Assembly: GCF_009914755.1 (NCBI RefSeq)
Contig: NC_060939.1
DNA: 64,000 bases
Direction: 5' to 3' (one strand)
Origin: the human T2T-CHM13v2.0 reference genome, Homo sapiens
Below are positions 39,984 to 64,000 of this stretch, one piece after another (within the stretch, counting starts at the first letter, position 1; each line of letters opens with the position of its first letter). The position numbers and the translations under genes were made by a program. The notes beneath the pieces are model-generated. The model saw nothing but the letters and a program-made list of their open reading frames with translations, searched no databases and was not told the origin of the DNA.

Positions 39984-41708
39984 CTGCACAAGGATTAAGG
40001 AAAAAGCTGAGTGTAACTAAAGCTCTTTGGGGTAATGGAAAAATTACCTTAATAACCAGGTATCCAGGTGACAGCTGCTCTAGAGATTCCACTGTTATGT
40101 CTCTTTAAACCTGTGATTTACTAACATTCCACTATTCTATACAAGAACCTGGTCCCTCCCCTTTTGGGAGCGGGGAAGGGACACCAAATTAAACATACCT
40201 AAAAGACCTGGGAGGATATATACTGAAATTTTAATAGGACGTCATTGGGGTGGTAGGATTACAGAAAAAAAAAAATCCTCTTTATTAACAAATTTACTGA
40301 TATAAATATAAAAATACTTTTATAGTAAGAAATTATGTGTACCTCTTTTGGAAATATTTATATGCATCCTATAAAATTGTTGGGAGGAAGTAAATGAAAT
40401 GTGAAGACACCAATTCCATTAATCAATTGCTGCTCTATGCACTTCAAGAATAATCTGCTTTTAAAAGGTGGCAGAGAAAAGACGCATGTCTCAAGTTCTG
40501 TACACTGGGTTGTGATTAAAAAAAAAAAACGATACAAGTCTTAGGCCCTACATCACAAATGTACTGCAGAACAGTTTCAACGGCTTAAGAAGGTCAACCT
40601 TAATACATTCAGAACCTCAAAGCAAAAAAAAAAAAAAAAAGTCCACAGGATAATCCCATGCCTCAAACCTGTTAGTTACATGCCCAAATCCAGCAAACTA
40701 GTTTGTTCTCAAGCTTTACAGTAAAAGCTTTTGACAATGTTCTGGTACAGAAGGGCTGCCTCCAAGTCCACGAGATGCCATTAGCAGATAAAATTATATT
40801 GGCCTCAAACACAAACCCTATTTCAACTATCTCAAATTAAATCTGATGCCTATAAGCTCTAATTTTTTGCCAATAAGTACAAAAATGACAAATGAAAATT
40901 TCTATAGTGGATTTACGCATTAGCAGTCAAAAAAAGCTTGCTTGTCAGCAAGTTCATCCAGACTCCAGATCTCATGTGTCCTTCATGCTCTCTACCCAGC
41001 CAGAGACCTCATATCTCATGCCCAGGTCTTTCCTCAGGCTCTGACCTGAAGCCTCCCTTGCAGGGAGGGCCAGAGCTCTCCTGCCTTCTCCAAAATCCTC
41101 CACAAGCCTCTTCCCAGCACAAACTGCCCATCCCACCAACCACGTACCTAGAGTTGTATGTAAAACACTCACTGGACTCCCCTGGCTCCAGGAGAGCAGC
41201 CCAGCCTTGGTTTCTCAGGGCGGACTTCTGGGAAAGACTCCTCTCCCTCATGCCAGCTGCCTGGACAGTGCCTGCCAGGACATGTGGCCCCACCCATGCC
41301 AGTCTGACTCACTATTGCATCCTCCTCCTAGGAAGGCACAGACATGCAGAGCCAACCTCCAGCCAGCAGTGGAAGCCTGGCGTATCCACTGATAGCAGCA
41401 CACACCATGCCCAGGTCCAGGAGCCTTATTCTTGAGCCCGAGCCCCTGCAGTAAGATCTTCCTCAGAGCCATGTCTCCTCTGTGAGAAAGGAGACACCAT
41501 CTCTAAGAGGCCTTAGTCTGGAGTGACAGGTTGGAACAGGCACAATCACAGCTCAGCTCCAAGTGCCCTATTCTCCCTTTCCTTTCTCATCTCAGACAGC
41601 TCCTGGCTTTTTATATTAGTTTCCTTTGTGTCAGACACAATTTTTTGGCCATTCTTCAGAAACCAGGAGACAAAAATCATAAAAAATACCCAACACTCCT
41701 CCCTCCAA

Positions 41709-47157
<5,449 letters not shown>

Positions 47158-49588
47158 TAGTTGAGGCATTTTTAATTAGGGGAAATGCATGCTTCATTAT
47201 CTGACTCACTGAAAGGGGAGAAGGGACTTTTTAAGCCTGCAAGAACCACAATGTAGTTTCCCCACTCACCCAGCGAAGATAATTCTCTCAAAAGCAGAAT
47301 AATTGAAAGGTTGAGTCATCTTCCCCACAGAGCCCCACTCCCCCACAGATTTGGTGATACGTTACATTTCCCTTCCCCACAAGACAGCCCACTCCTGCCC
47401 CCACAGCACCTCAGGCCACCAAAGGGCAAATTATTTGCTAACAACGCTGCAGCAGGGGAGTCCTGACCTCCATCTCCTCTGTGACCTAGGGAGTGGCCAC
47501 ACCCTCAAGACGGCCAACTGGGGGCTACTGACCCTGGCTCCAATCCTAATCTCACCAGCAGGCAGAGCAAGTCAAGGGCTGGAATGTTCCTCTGGTAGGT
47601 AGTATTCTACTTACAGCGGAACACCAAAGGCTTAACTCAGCCCCTCCTTGCCTGCCTTTGTCTACAGGTCCCAATCTCAGATGACCAAAAAGCATCTGCT
47701 CCAAGCAGAGAGTTGGAAAGTTACATTATCAGTTACTTTGTCAATATTAAACCAGATCCCTTGGGGAACTGGTTTCCAGGAGACACGTGGTTATTCAGAG
47801 AGCCTGATTCCTCACGATTAGCTGTAGGCGTTTGGGGACAGTAGGAAGACAATGGATCAAGGCCCTTATGCTCAATTGTGGACTAAGTAATTGTGCTCAA
47901 AAATAATATATTCAGTCACAGGCTTTTCTTCTGGGTATTTCGCCAGAGATTAGACACTTACTGAGTGTGCCACATCCACGTAAGCATGAATCCTTTCAAC
48001 CATCATGAGGAAAATGTTACTCCCAGTTTTCCCAGGGGAAACTGAGGTGTAGAGGCTGAACTCCTTCAGAGTCTCAGGAAATTAATGAGTCAAACCTGAT
48101 TCTAAACGCCTTTTTGACAACTTCCCAATGTCTCTCTCCACGTGGACCTTCACTGTCGGCCTCACTTTAACCCGTACCAGCAAAGGTCCAAGCCCTGGGT
48201 CTGGAGTACGTAGATTAAGAAGCCAAGGGATGCCCTTACATGACTGAGTCTTTAAATGATCTTCAGACTGGAAGGTGCTTTCCTGCATCTTCTAATCCAG
48301 TGTGCTTGCCACCTGGTGAGACCTTACGAGGCTTCCTGTCCCCCTCCCTCCCACAGCAGGAAGCTCGTACCCCACTCCCAGCATTACAGGAGATACATTT
48401 TAAGATTGTGAGCTCGGTGGGCTATGACTCGTCTAGTCATCCTGGTCTCTAACTCTGACCCCCAAACAGCCCTTGACCCACACCGTTTGCGTTCAGTGAA
48501 CGCGACAGATTTCCTGCCCCCTCCGTAACCAGATCCCCACCCCACCCCGCGGCCTCCGCGTTCCACAATCAGGACGCATTTGTTAAAAAATGTGCCGGAT
48601 AATTAAAAAAAAAAAAAAGAAAGAAAAAAGAAAGGAAAAGAAAGAAACGTGCCGGAGAGGCGCGGAACGGGCGAGGGCCAGGAGGCCCCAGCAAAGCCTG
48701 CAGAGGTTTATCCCGCCCGTTACGAGGCCCAAGGCCATCGCCCGGTGAAGCGGGGTGGGCCCTGGGCGCGGCCGCTACGTGCAGCCCGGCCGCGGCGAGA
48801 TGGAGCGTGGTCCCTGGCGGCCACCCGGCAAGGGCCGGTCGAGCTCTCGGGCCCCGAGCCATTCCCAGGCCCTCGCAGGCCGCCCATCTAATCCCGGCCA
48901 CAGGGGACGGCACCGCGCCGCAGGGGCAACCGCCCTGCCTCCCGGCAGCGGGGCAGGCCAACGTTACGTAAGTCTCCAGCTGCCCCCGGGCCGCCGCATC
49001 CCGCCCGCCGCGCGGGGCACCCAGCCCAGCCCTCCGCCCGCCCGCCCCGGACACGGGGCCTCAGCACCGCCCGAGCCTGCTGGGAGCTGGGAGGCGGTGA
49101 TGGAAAAGGGGGGTGGGACCGCGCTCGGAGACCGGAGCAAGTGGGCGGGCGCGACCAGAGCAGAGAGGGAGGGAGGGAGCGGACACGCCAGGCGAGGAAG
49201 GGGATGCGGGGGAGCGGACGTGACCAGCAAGCAGGGGGAGGGGCGGCGAGAGGGAACTGGGGCGCGGGAAGGGCGGTCGCGCATGAATGGAGAATGGACG
49301 CGGGAGGGGAACCAGAACGCAGTTTCAATGAGTTACACAGAAAGCATTAGAATCAGGGGACACGCACAGCTTGAAGAGGAGGGGGTGGAAGGACTAGACT
49401 TAAGGAGGAAGAGGGGAAAACGAGCACGGAACAGGCGGCGCGGAGAAAGGGGAAGCAAGGGTGGAATCAATCACGAGGGACCGAGAGAAGGCAGGCGAGG
49501 ATGGAGGCGCATTGAGGATTGGGGCAGGAGGAAGAGGATGGGACCAGAATGAGGGGGTAGGGCTGGGGCGGGAAAGGAGCCGGCGGAC

Positions 49589-49680
49589 CCGCCTGATCTG
49601 GAAGGAACGGCGCTGGGGACTTCTGAAGAGCAGGCCCCAGGCGTGAGGAGCCGTTCTCCTCTCTCTGAGCTCCACTGCAT
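49589..49680 (-). CDS. PKM: PKM alternative 5' coding segment of N-terminally extended isoform(s)
   Basis: ATG 49680, MQWSSERGERLLTPGACSSEVPSAVPSRSG, donor GG|gtccgc; 92 nt, in frame with exon 2 directly or via the 117-nt exon. Confidence 0.7.
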
Positions 49681-49808
49681 CCCAGACGCCCTGGATCCTG
49701 CGCCGCCCTGCCTGCGTGCCCGGGGCCGGCCGGCGCGCCGGGATTCCGCACTAGCCGGGCGACTGGCCCTTGGTGGGGACTGATGGCGTAGCCTCCTGCA
49801 CCGCTCAC

Positions 49809-49900
49809 CTCCGGCGCTGACCGACTCGGGCTACGCTGCAAAGACGAAGAGATCCGGAGCCACGGCGCGTGCAGCTGCTGTGCAAGGAGCCACTGCCTCA
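49809..49900 (-). other. PKM: PKM non-coding exon 1 (5' end approximate)
   Basis: ...GTCAGCGCCGGAG|gtgagc donor joins the exon 2 acceptor; lies within the CpG island just downstream of GC boxes. Confidence 0.85.
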
Positions 49901-51396
49901 GCCTCAAGGTTATCCCGCTGCGGGCCGCCGCAATCCCTCCGCCGCCCCGCCCTCTGCCCAATCCCGGCTCCGGGCGACCCGGGCCCCGCCCCCTGCGTCC
50001 CCGCGGGCGCAGTCACCTTCAGGAGGAAGCGCGGCGGCGGTGGCGGAACGCGCGGGCAGGTTGCCCTTTCGGTGGGACTAAATTCTGCGGCGGAAGGACA
50101 CAGATTCAGAGTCACATTTTAAGAAACCTGATGACCAATGGGGACGCGGCGGGGCAACGGGGCCCGCCCCCGGAGCGACTTTCCTCCCAGACCCCCGGGC
50201 GCCGGGCCACCTGTTGCCGCCAAGTTGGGCTGCCAGATGGGGTCTCTTTTCTTGGCTCTCGGCCCAGGCCACCCCAGCTGTCCCGGCCTACCTGGGCAGG
50301 GCCCAGATTTATGGGTTCCGGGGCAGCATTCTCCCGGCCCCGCCCTGCCACTCCCCACTCCTCCGGGTGTCTGCTCTGGCGCACCCTCGGAGACTGAGCT
50401 GAACGGAAAGTTGGGGAGAGCTGCAGACTTGTGCGTGGTTGGAGGTCCTGGCCGCCTTCGGAGGGGCTCTGGCACTGGAGCGGCAGTAGGGAGAACTAGG
50501 GACTGCGAAGTGGGCCTGGAGCGGGAGCGCGAGGCCGTTTTCCTCTTAGGACCATTCATTGTGTTAGGACCGCGGAACAAGGAAGGACCGGTTGGGGCCA
50601 TGTGAATAATTTAGTAGGGTCTGGAATCCTGCAGAGCGAATGCCTCAGAGTAGAAAGTAAATAGACGGTGTTGATATTAGCGCAGAGCTGGGCATCTGGA
50701 AATATCAAGTCAGAACATTAGGGCCGATAACCTATGCAGGAGTCAGCATTTCTGTTTTCACCTTTGTCGTGTTTAAGTCAGTATTGTTGGAACTTTTCTT
50801 ACATTTTTCTACAAGACATTTTCTGATTTCCCAGTTGTTAGCCAGCAACTAATGATGCGAGCAGTTATCAATTAAACAGCTGTTAACTCTTGCCTTCATT
50901 CACAGATACAATGTTGCGCATTCAAAATGTGAAGACCGTTCTCTTAGGTTCTTTTTTTATTTTCCTGGCAAAAGAGACCAAATGGGTGTGACCTGCTCAG
51001 GCATACCCGCTGCCTGCAGCTGAATCACAGGCCTTCATTCGCTTCCTGTTAGCTCAGATAAGCTGGGAGGAGACAGTGACAGCCTAAAAGTAAATTTCTG
51101 TTTGAAGTGAGATAAAAATCTTTCACTTTCTTCTGTAAGTCTTTCCTGGTCCCTTTAGTTGTTGTTGGGAAGGAAATGCTTGATTATTAAGGTGGTGAAA
51201 GAACATGAAGTTGTTGAGAAGGAAAAAAGACATGCCCCCCTAGGGAGGGTTAGATTCCTCTCTATCAGAGAAAGAGGGATGGCATAAAAGTCCCTCCCTG
51301 GCCCCTGAGCTGAGGACAAACTAAGAACAGTGGTGGACAACACTGGGATGGCAAGGATCTGGCCGATGCTGGACTATATTGTATTTTAAAGTTCTA

Positions 51397-52581
<1,185 letters not shown>

Positions 52582-52766
52582 TTAGTTCCAGTTCCCTATG
52601 ACCAAATATTGTAATTTAATGTGTAGAAGTCCAGTTCCTCAAAAGTAAATTGAGGACAATTTACTTTTATGGTGGAGTTTGATGATGTATGTGAATGATT
52701 CCAACACTGCCCAATAGGCATCCTCTTTCTTTGGGAATTGACTAGTCCTGGAGGGCTGTCCTTGTG

Positions 52767-52795
<29 letters not shown>
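52767..52795. repeat. (AC)14 microsatellite
   Basis: Perfect AC run. Confidence 0.95.
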
Positions 52796-52798
<3 letters not shown>

Positions 52799-52814
52799 GT
52801 TTTCATCCAAAGTT

Positions 52815-53765
52815 CCTTGCTTATAACTCCCACAGCTCTTGTTAGTCTTTTGTTTATAATGTTGGGGGCACTTTAGGCTCAGAAGCAGGCCTCAGAGAAC
52901 AGAATTCTCTCTCTCTCCCTCTCTGGCCTTCTTCTGCCTTCCTTTCACCTGTTCCTTTTCCCCCAAGGCAGAAATCTTCCCCCAACTTTGTGTCTTGGAG
53001 CTGGCTATAAATAAGTTATTTGTCATATCTTTTCTGATTGTAGGTTGCAAGACCCCCATTTCAGAAGGGGTCCTGCCCTGTACCTTGGAGGAAGGGATGC
53101 TGCACAGAGGCCAAGACAAATCTCGACAGTCCTTGCTGGGTTCCCTCACTCAGTCTAGAGTATCACTATGAGATCATACCTTTTGGTCCAAGCATATTTC
53201 TACATGGTTATCAATCATGCCTATCCAAGGAAGTTTTCATAAAAGGCCTACGAGGACATGATTTGGAGGGCTTTCAGATAGGAGGTTCCTGGAGGATGCC
53301 ACTCCCAGGGAGGGCATGGAGCTTCCAGGCCCCTTCCCCCATACCTGGCCCTGTGCATCTCTTCATCTTTATTCATTATAATATCCTTTGTAATAAACCA
53401 GTAAATGTGTTTCCCTGAGTTCTGTGAGCCTCTGTAGCAAATTGGTTGAACCCAAAAAGGGGATCATGGGAATCCCAAATTGAAGTTGGTCGGACAGAAG
53501 TTCTGGAGGCCCATACTAACTACTGATGTCCAAACCAGGGGCATTCTTGGGGACTGGGACCTCAACCTGTGGGATCTGATATTATCTCCAGGTACAGTGC
53601 CAGAATTGAATTGGAGGACACCCAGATGATGCCCGCAGCAGAACTGATTGCCTGTTTGGTGTGAGGGCAAATCCCCCACATATTTGGTCACAGAAGTCTG
53701 TGTTGATTGTTGTAGTGGTGGCATGAGAACAGAGGAAAAATACAGTCTGAGTTGGCTTTTCCACA
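52815..53765 (+). mobile_element. MER21-like solo LTR
   Basis: ggaggttcctggagg...cccagggagggcatggagc...gtttccctgagttctgtgagc...gaacccaaaaaggggatcatgggaa. Confidence 0.7.
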
Positions 53766-54296
53766 AACACCTTCTGACCAGAGCCAGAATGTTTTCCTGA
53801 ATTTAAGCTTGCCCTTCTCTGGACCATCACTCCTTTGACCCAGTAACAGGTCGGGACTACAGGAAACTGGGGTTGCTGAAGGAGGACACAGGCTTCTCCC
53901 CCTAGAGCCAGCCCTTCCACTGTGTTCCTGGACTTGACCAGGATGGGATGGGAAACTGCTAGGTTCACTGGATTTGGGTGTGAGTAAAAGTGGAAATTGG
54001 TATGTTTTCTGTTTGGATTCTTGACCACAGAATCTGCAGTTTAATGGTTTAACTCTCTAAAATCATTGGGAGTCCTTGGAGAAGGGGTGGTAAGTGTGTC
54101 AACAAACTGTAATGAACCTAATCCTGGAGCCTAAAGACAAGCTTTGGCCCTGATGAAGAGGGTGAGATTACAGGCTTTACATCAATTATGTGACATCTTA
54201 GCCTCTATCTGAAATGGCAGTGTTCTCTCAGGACAATACAATTTCCAGGGCAGCCTACCACGCCCGGCCTCTATGTGAAATTTAAAAATTAGCCAG

Positions 54297-59139
<4,843 letters not shown>

Positions 59140-59876
59140 TTTTTTTTTCACAAAATATTTGGAAATGTCCAACTGACACAGCTATGCTTATAACTAAGGA
59201 TCTGGGGCACATGAAGCACAGCCTGAAAGGCCAGCAAAAGGCTGAAATGGGAATTTCAACAGGGAGAAGAAAAAATTCACTACAACAATTAGGCTTCCTA
59301 GAAAGAGCTGCCTTCCTTTACCACCTTACTAAACTTGGTGAAATTGGGTTGTTTCATTAAGTGAAGCTGCATTCCCTTAGGATGTCTTTATAGATTTCGA
59401 CTTAGAGACAAACCCCACTTCCTGCTCCCACCAGTTCTCCCCTAACCTCACTTACCCTGAAGAAACAGGTTGGAGGAGAAAGAGAGTAGGGGTCCAGTTC
59501 CTGAGATATAGAGCAAGGGAGACTGGGCAGGTTTGTGCAGAAAGCAATAGGCCCTAAAGGCAGTAAATCTTAGCTGCTCTGGCCTCAATGGCCCTTTTAA
59601 ATTTTGACTAATAGTCATTAGTGGTATTCTATATTCTCGGTTTGTTTCATCTGCATAACTGATAAGTTTCCCTTTAATCCACTGATTAAAAAGCTGACAC
59701 ATCTGTAGTATACTACAATAAATGGACACAACTTTGATACCATGCAACATAAACAGTCCCAATCCGCAGGATATTCCAGTCTCCCCACCCCCTGCCCCTT
59801 GTGAGGGCTTGGGGCAGGTGCTGCTCCAAGGCTAGTCAAACCACAGTGATCATATCCAGTCCACAGCACCTTCCAT

Positions 59877-59890
59877 TTTATTGTTTTATT
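59877..59890 (-). terminator. PARP6: PARP6 tandem polyA signals AATAAAacAATAAA
   Basis: + strand tttattgttttatt, ~240 nt after the stop codon. Confidence 0.85.
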
Positions 59891-60128
59891 TACAAACAGG
59901 GTGAAGTCAAAGGGAAAGTCAGGGGATGGAGTCAGTCTGGGCCATCCGAATGTGGAGTAGTTCTTGGGTCAAGCTCTACCATGAAGGCCACCTCTTACAT
60001 ATCCTTTTCCTGCCCCTTGGTAATGGCCCCTTGATTCCTCAGGGCAGCCTCAGCTGCTGTACCTGAACACTTTTATGAGGGCAGATGGATCCTGGGGTAA
60101 CAGGGGTGGTACGAGGGCTGGGGCCCCC

Positions 60129-60231
60129 TCAGTTTGTGTAAACCTGAGTTCCGATCACACGCATGATTTCCTTCTGTATCTTGGGGTCCTGAGTATTAAT
60201 GTTGGCATCGCCCACCTGACCATCCTCATAT
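60129..60231 (-). CDS. PARP6: PARP6 last exon coding part (103 nt, TGA 60131-60129)
   Basis: YEDGQVGDANINTQDPKIQKEIMRVIGTQVYTN*. Confidence 0.92.
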
Positions 60232-60574
60232 CTGCCAAAGATAGGGCAAGTGTGAGCATAAGAGGGAGAACAATACCAGAATAACATCAATCAGTGGAAC
60301 TGTATTTCAAGGTATGGCCATCCCATCCCAGAAGTCAAAGCCCTTTCTCACTGCTTCATAGTGGAAGATATTCAGCTTATCTGGTTTCCTCTAGATAGAT
60401 CCCAACCATCTATACCCATTCCCATCCTCCAATGGTAAAGTCCCAGTGACAGCTCCACTCAGGTAGCCAAGGACATGTCTCAGATAACAGAAATAGACTT
60501 TTCCCAGTAGCCACACACCATCACACCCCCAACCTCACTCCTCGAGTAATCCCCAGAGTCCCTCCGACACTTAC

Positions 60575-60659
60575 ACAAAGAAGAATCTTGTGCAGACATG
60601 GTCGGACACAGGGCACACCCAGATGTTCCCATGCTTCTGGAGGTCCTTAGATGTAATCA
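60575..60659 (-). CDS. PARP6: PARP6 coding exon (85 nt)
   Basis: VITSKDLQKHGNIWVCPVSDHVCTRFFF; ADP-ribosyltransferase domain C-terminal strands. Confidence 0.92.
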
Positions 60660-60830
60660 CTGGGAGAAAGAGGGCCAGAAATCATAGATACAATGCTTAA
60701 GGCACAGAGTCCAGGCAGGAGAAGGAAGCCATGCCACTTCAACATCACTCTTGGCCAGATCATGTGCCAAAATTACATCAGAAACAAAGGTTAGAGACCC
60801 AGAAAAACAGGACATGGGCAAGCTACCTAC

Positions 60831-60894
60831 CTTCACAAAGTGCTATACAGTTTAGATTCCGACTCTGCAGGAACCGTGACTGAATGGATCGGGT
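60831..60894 (-). CDS. PARP6: PARP6 coding exon (64 nt)
   Basis: TRSIQSRFLQSRNLNCIALCE; phases consistent with neighbouring exons. Confidence 0.92.
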
Positions 60895-61293
60895 CTGGAA
60901 GAGAAGGAGGCAAAGGAGACCAGAGCCAGGTAGATGGGTACAGCTTTCCCTAGAGAGGCTGGTTAGCTGATGATTGGGAGTGGGGATCAGAGATATCCTG
61001 GGCTCCCAGCAACACCCCTCGCCGCCCAGAAAATTCTTCTTTCCCATAATCAGTCTGGATAGGGTCACAGCTTCCATCTTTACATTTTCATCTAAACTCA
61101 GCCTCTGCTTTTATACTCATGACTTCAGCTACATATGACTCCAGACGTGTGTTCACTTTAGAACATACCTGACTCCTTTAAATGATCTCAAATCACTCCC
61201 CAACCCATTCTCACCCCACTGTTTCCCTGTCCAGCTCTGGAGCCTAAATTAGCCCCAGGGAAAGGTCCTGCCTCATTAGAATAGTTCCAATAC

Positions 61294-61373
61294 CTGGGGG
61301 ATGGTATTCATCCTGTTGTATCTCTGGACCAGCTCATCCTTGGAGGGCATCCTGTGCTGTCCTTTTCCCATTC
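61294..61373 (-). CDS. PARP6: PARP6 internal coding exon (80 nt)
   Basis: GMGKGQHRMPSKDELVQRYNRMNTIPQ; gacag|GA...CAG|gtattg. Confidence 0.9.
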
Positions 61374-61399
61374 CTGTCACAGAACAATACACCCACTTC

Positions 61400-61925
61400 A
61401 TTTATCAAAAATTTACGAAAGTGCCTACTATGTCCCAGCACTGAGCTAGATGCTCATCAAAACAGCAGAGAATAAAACAAAGAAGATTATTTTCCCCCAC
61501 AGAATTTAGTCTGCTGGAAATTACAAGCAAGAACAAGTAATTAACAACACAGCATGGTAAGGGGTTGTGATGCAGATTATAGAGCATGGTGTGAGCCTAG
61601 AGGAGGGCAACTAGCCTAGCCTAAGAGTTTAAAGAAGTCATGTGGTGACAGCTAGACTGAGAACTGCAGGATTAGGAAGAGTTAATTAAATAAACAGCGG
61701 GGAAGTGTCTGGGAAGAAGTAATAGGATACAGAAGGCCTGAAGGAAAGATAAGGTAGTGTGTGTTAGTTGCATAGAGAATAGTGAATTGCAGAGGAGTGG
61801 TGAGAAATGATGTAGAAGAGGCAAGCTAGGATCAGATCAAGCCGGCTTTGCAGGCCATGTTAAGGCAACTAAAGTCTATCCTCAGAACATTAGGGAACCA
61901 CTGCAGGGTTCTAAGATAGGGGAGC
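61400..61925 (-). mobile_element. L2 3' fragment
   Basis: catttatcaaaaatttacgaaagtgcctactatgtcccagcactgagctag. Confidence 0.7.
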
Positions 61926-63484
61926 AGCACATGAAATCAGCCAGGAATGAGGGGCCCAGGAGAGTGGGACATCAATACCTTGGTGTCAAGTGCCTGGATG
62001 AGTAAAATGAATGGAAAGGAAGCAAGCAGAACAAGTCAGATTTGCTCTAGTCTCAAAGTTACATTAAAAATCTGACCAGTCATTCAAGAGAAAAGCATCA
62101 GCAGTTAAGTGATGAATAATTTTGTACAGGAAATCACAATGGCAACTAACTTGAAGAATCCTACTTCAAACAGTCTTCCCAGGCTTGAGAAAGAAGTGCC
62201 CATTCCTTCTAGTTTCCACATTATCTAAATCCATAAACTCTCTACCTTCCTTACCCGTTTATAACATTTATAGACTCAACTTGGACTTTTCTTATTTAGA
62301 TATGAAAATGTGCTTGTGTGCTCCCACTCCTCACTCTTTTTGGTTTGAGGATAGGACGTTAAGTCTCTGTACTCAGCTTTATCATAGGCCCAATCTTACC
62401 ACAGTTAGGGATAAAAATGTCTACCCATGTGTGGACACACGTGCCTGTGTGTGTCCACCAGGGAGAGAGATGAAGATGGAGATGATGCTATCATTATAGG
62501 TCATAAGCACTCTCACCACTCTACCCTGGAACTTTCTATTACTATTAACTCCACTCTGATCAGTTCTTGGTTTTCTCATAGCCATGGTGTAGAAATAGAC
62601 TGATAGCTGTTGAACTGACATTCTTCACTGCTCAGGCTGTCAATTCATCATGCATTTACACTCAAGTCTCGTGACAGATTTAGGTAGGGCCTGAACAAAA
62701 CTCAGGACACCAAGAGCCTCAAGGCTTGAATTGCCCATTTCTTCCTTTTACAGGACAGGTACTCATAACCCCTGTTTTCACCTTCCCCATTAGCCTTAAC
62801 TAGGTTCAGCTCTCCACCCAAACATCATGACCTTCTCTCAAACTGGGTATGTCAGTGACAAAAAGTAAAATTCCCATTCAGGTTATACTCCAGAGGAGGC
62901 ACATAAAAGATAATAAAGAACAATCTGATTTCTCTGGCAGGTCTTAGAGATGGCCCTTATGATATAACCCAAATCTTGTCCCAACTCAATCCTGTTGTAC
63001 ACTATCCTTTCCACACTGATCCAATGATTGTCCATTTCCTGAGCCCAGAACCTGAGATCATGGTGGCTAGAATAATCCCTAGATGTTCTGTGTCCAGAGT
63101 ATGCACTTATCAGAAGTCCCTAAACAAGACTAAACAAACAGATGGAGTATATCACCTCCTTTTTCACTGTCCCCTATTTCAACCTGAACTTTATAGCCAA
63201 GTCACTGGAACTAGATATATGAACGCTATTTACACCAACCCTCACTTCCAGAGGGCACTCAATGCCATTAGGCTAAAGATAGTGTGAGAAAGAAAAAACA
63301 GAAAACCAGAGCAGAATAGCGTAGAAGAAAACATACAAGACAGTTGGTCAAATGCTGGAGTAACTACAGTAAGTGGAACATTTGCACACATTTCCCCCAA
63401 CATCCCATTATACATACTCACATATCTATAGGGCCCTCAGAGACCCGTCATTCAAGCAAGGCCTACTCTGTCAGTCTAATATAG

Positions 63485-63752
63485 TGTATTAGTCCATTTT
63501 CACACTACTGATAAAGACATACCCAAGACTTGGTAATTTATACAGGAAAAAGGGTTTAATGGACTTACAGTTCCACATGGCTGGGGAGGCCTCACAATCA
63601 TGGTGGAAGGCAAGGAGGAGCAAGTCACATCTTAAATGGATGGTGGCAGCCAAAGAGAGAGCTTGTGCAGCAAAACTCCCCCTTATAGAACTATCAGATC
63701 TCATGAGACTTATTCACTATGACAAGAACAGCACTGGAAAAACCTGCCCCCA
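63485..63752 (-). mobile_element. THE1 (MaLR) LTR, interrupted by an AluY-like element at 63755-64000(+)
   Basis: tgtattagtccattttcacact...cagttccacatggctggggaggcctcacaatcatgg...gatctcatgagactt. Confidence 0.9.
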
Positions 63753-63873
63753 TGGGCCAGGCACAGTGGCTCACACCTATAATCCCAGCACTTTGGGAGG
63801 CCAAGGCAGGCGGATCACGAGGTCAGGAGATCGAGACCATCCTGGCTAACATGGTGAAACCCCACTTCTACTA

Positions 63874-63999
<126 letters not shown>

Positions 64000-64000
64000 G

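Larger units (their letters stand above)
48450..50600 (-). promoter_or_regulatory. PKM: PKM CpG-island, TATA-less promoter and first-intron regulatory region
   Basis: Very CpG/GC-rich; GC boxes ~49941-49993; CCAAT 50135-50139; RCGTG (HRE-type) cores at 48647, 48776 and 49218. Confidence 0.9.

Noticed and set aside
48569-50605. Multiple 100-265 aa ORFs on both strands in the PKM promoter
   Set aside because: CpG-island artefacts; only 49680-49589 has splice and frame support.
62431-62458. 10-bp-stem hairpin gtggacacac...gtgtgtccac in a PARP6 intron as a possible miRNA
   Set aside because: The stem is too short for a pre-miRNA and arises from low-complexity CA/TG sequence.

Overview
Human (primate) genomic DNA recognisable as the 15q23 PKM locus, with three genes in tandem on the minus strand. 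From right to left: the last four coding exons and 3'UTR of PARP6 (~59.9-61.4 kb); the complete pyruvate kinase M gene (CpG-island promoter ~48.5-50.6 kb, polyA signal 17771-17776, 1596-nt CDS = 531 aa, with mutually exclusive 167-nt exons 9/M1 and 10/M2 and an optional 74-aa N-terminal extension); and the promoter and first coding exon of GRAMD2A (~16.5 kb), whose first intron runs off the left edge. The rest is densely filled with roughly 48 Alus plus old L1, L2, MIR, MER21-like and THE1 elements. I see no new multi-gene system. The most interesting signals are RNA-processing features of PKM: two consecutive GC-AG introns, a cluster of RBFOX (UGCAUG) motifs with an 18-bp perfect palindrome upstream of exon 9, a duplicated stop-introducing 5' splice site 18 nt after exon 9, a candidate intronic polyA site that would swap the C-terminus, a stop-readthrough frame ending in a PTS1-like -QRL, and the PKM 3' end lying only ~1.2 kb from the GRAMD2A start. 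Exon boundaries were read by hand from splice signals and checked by phase and length; repeat boundaries and subfamilies are approximate.
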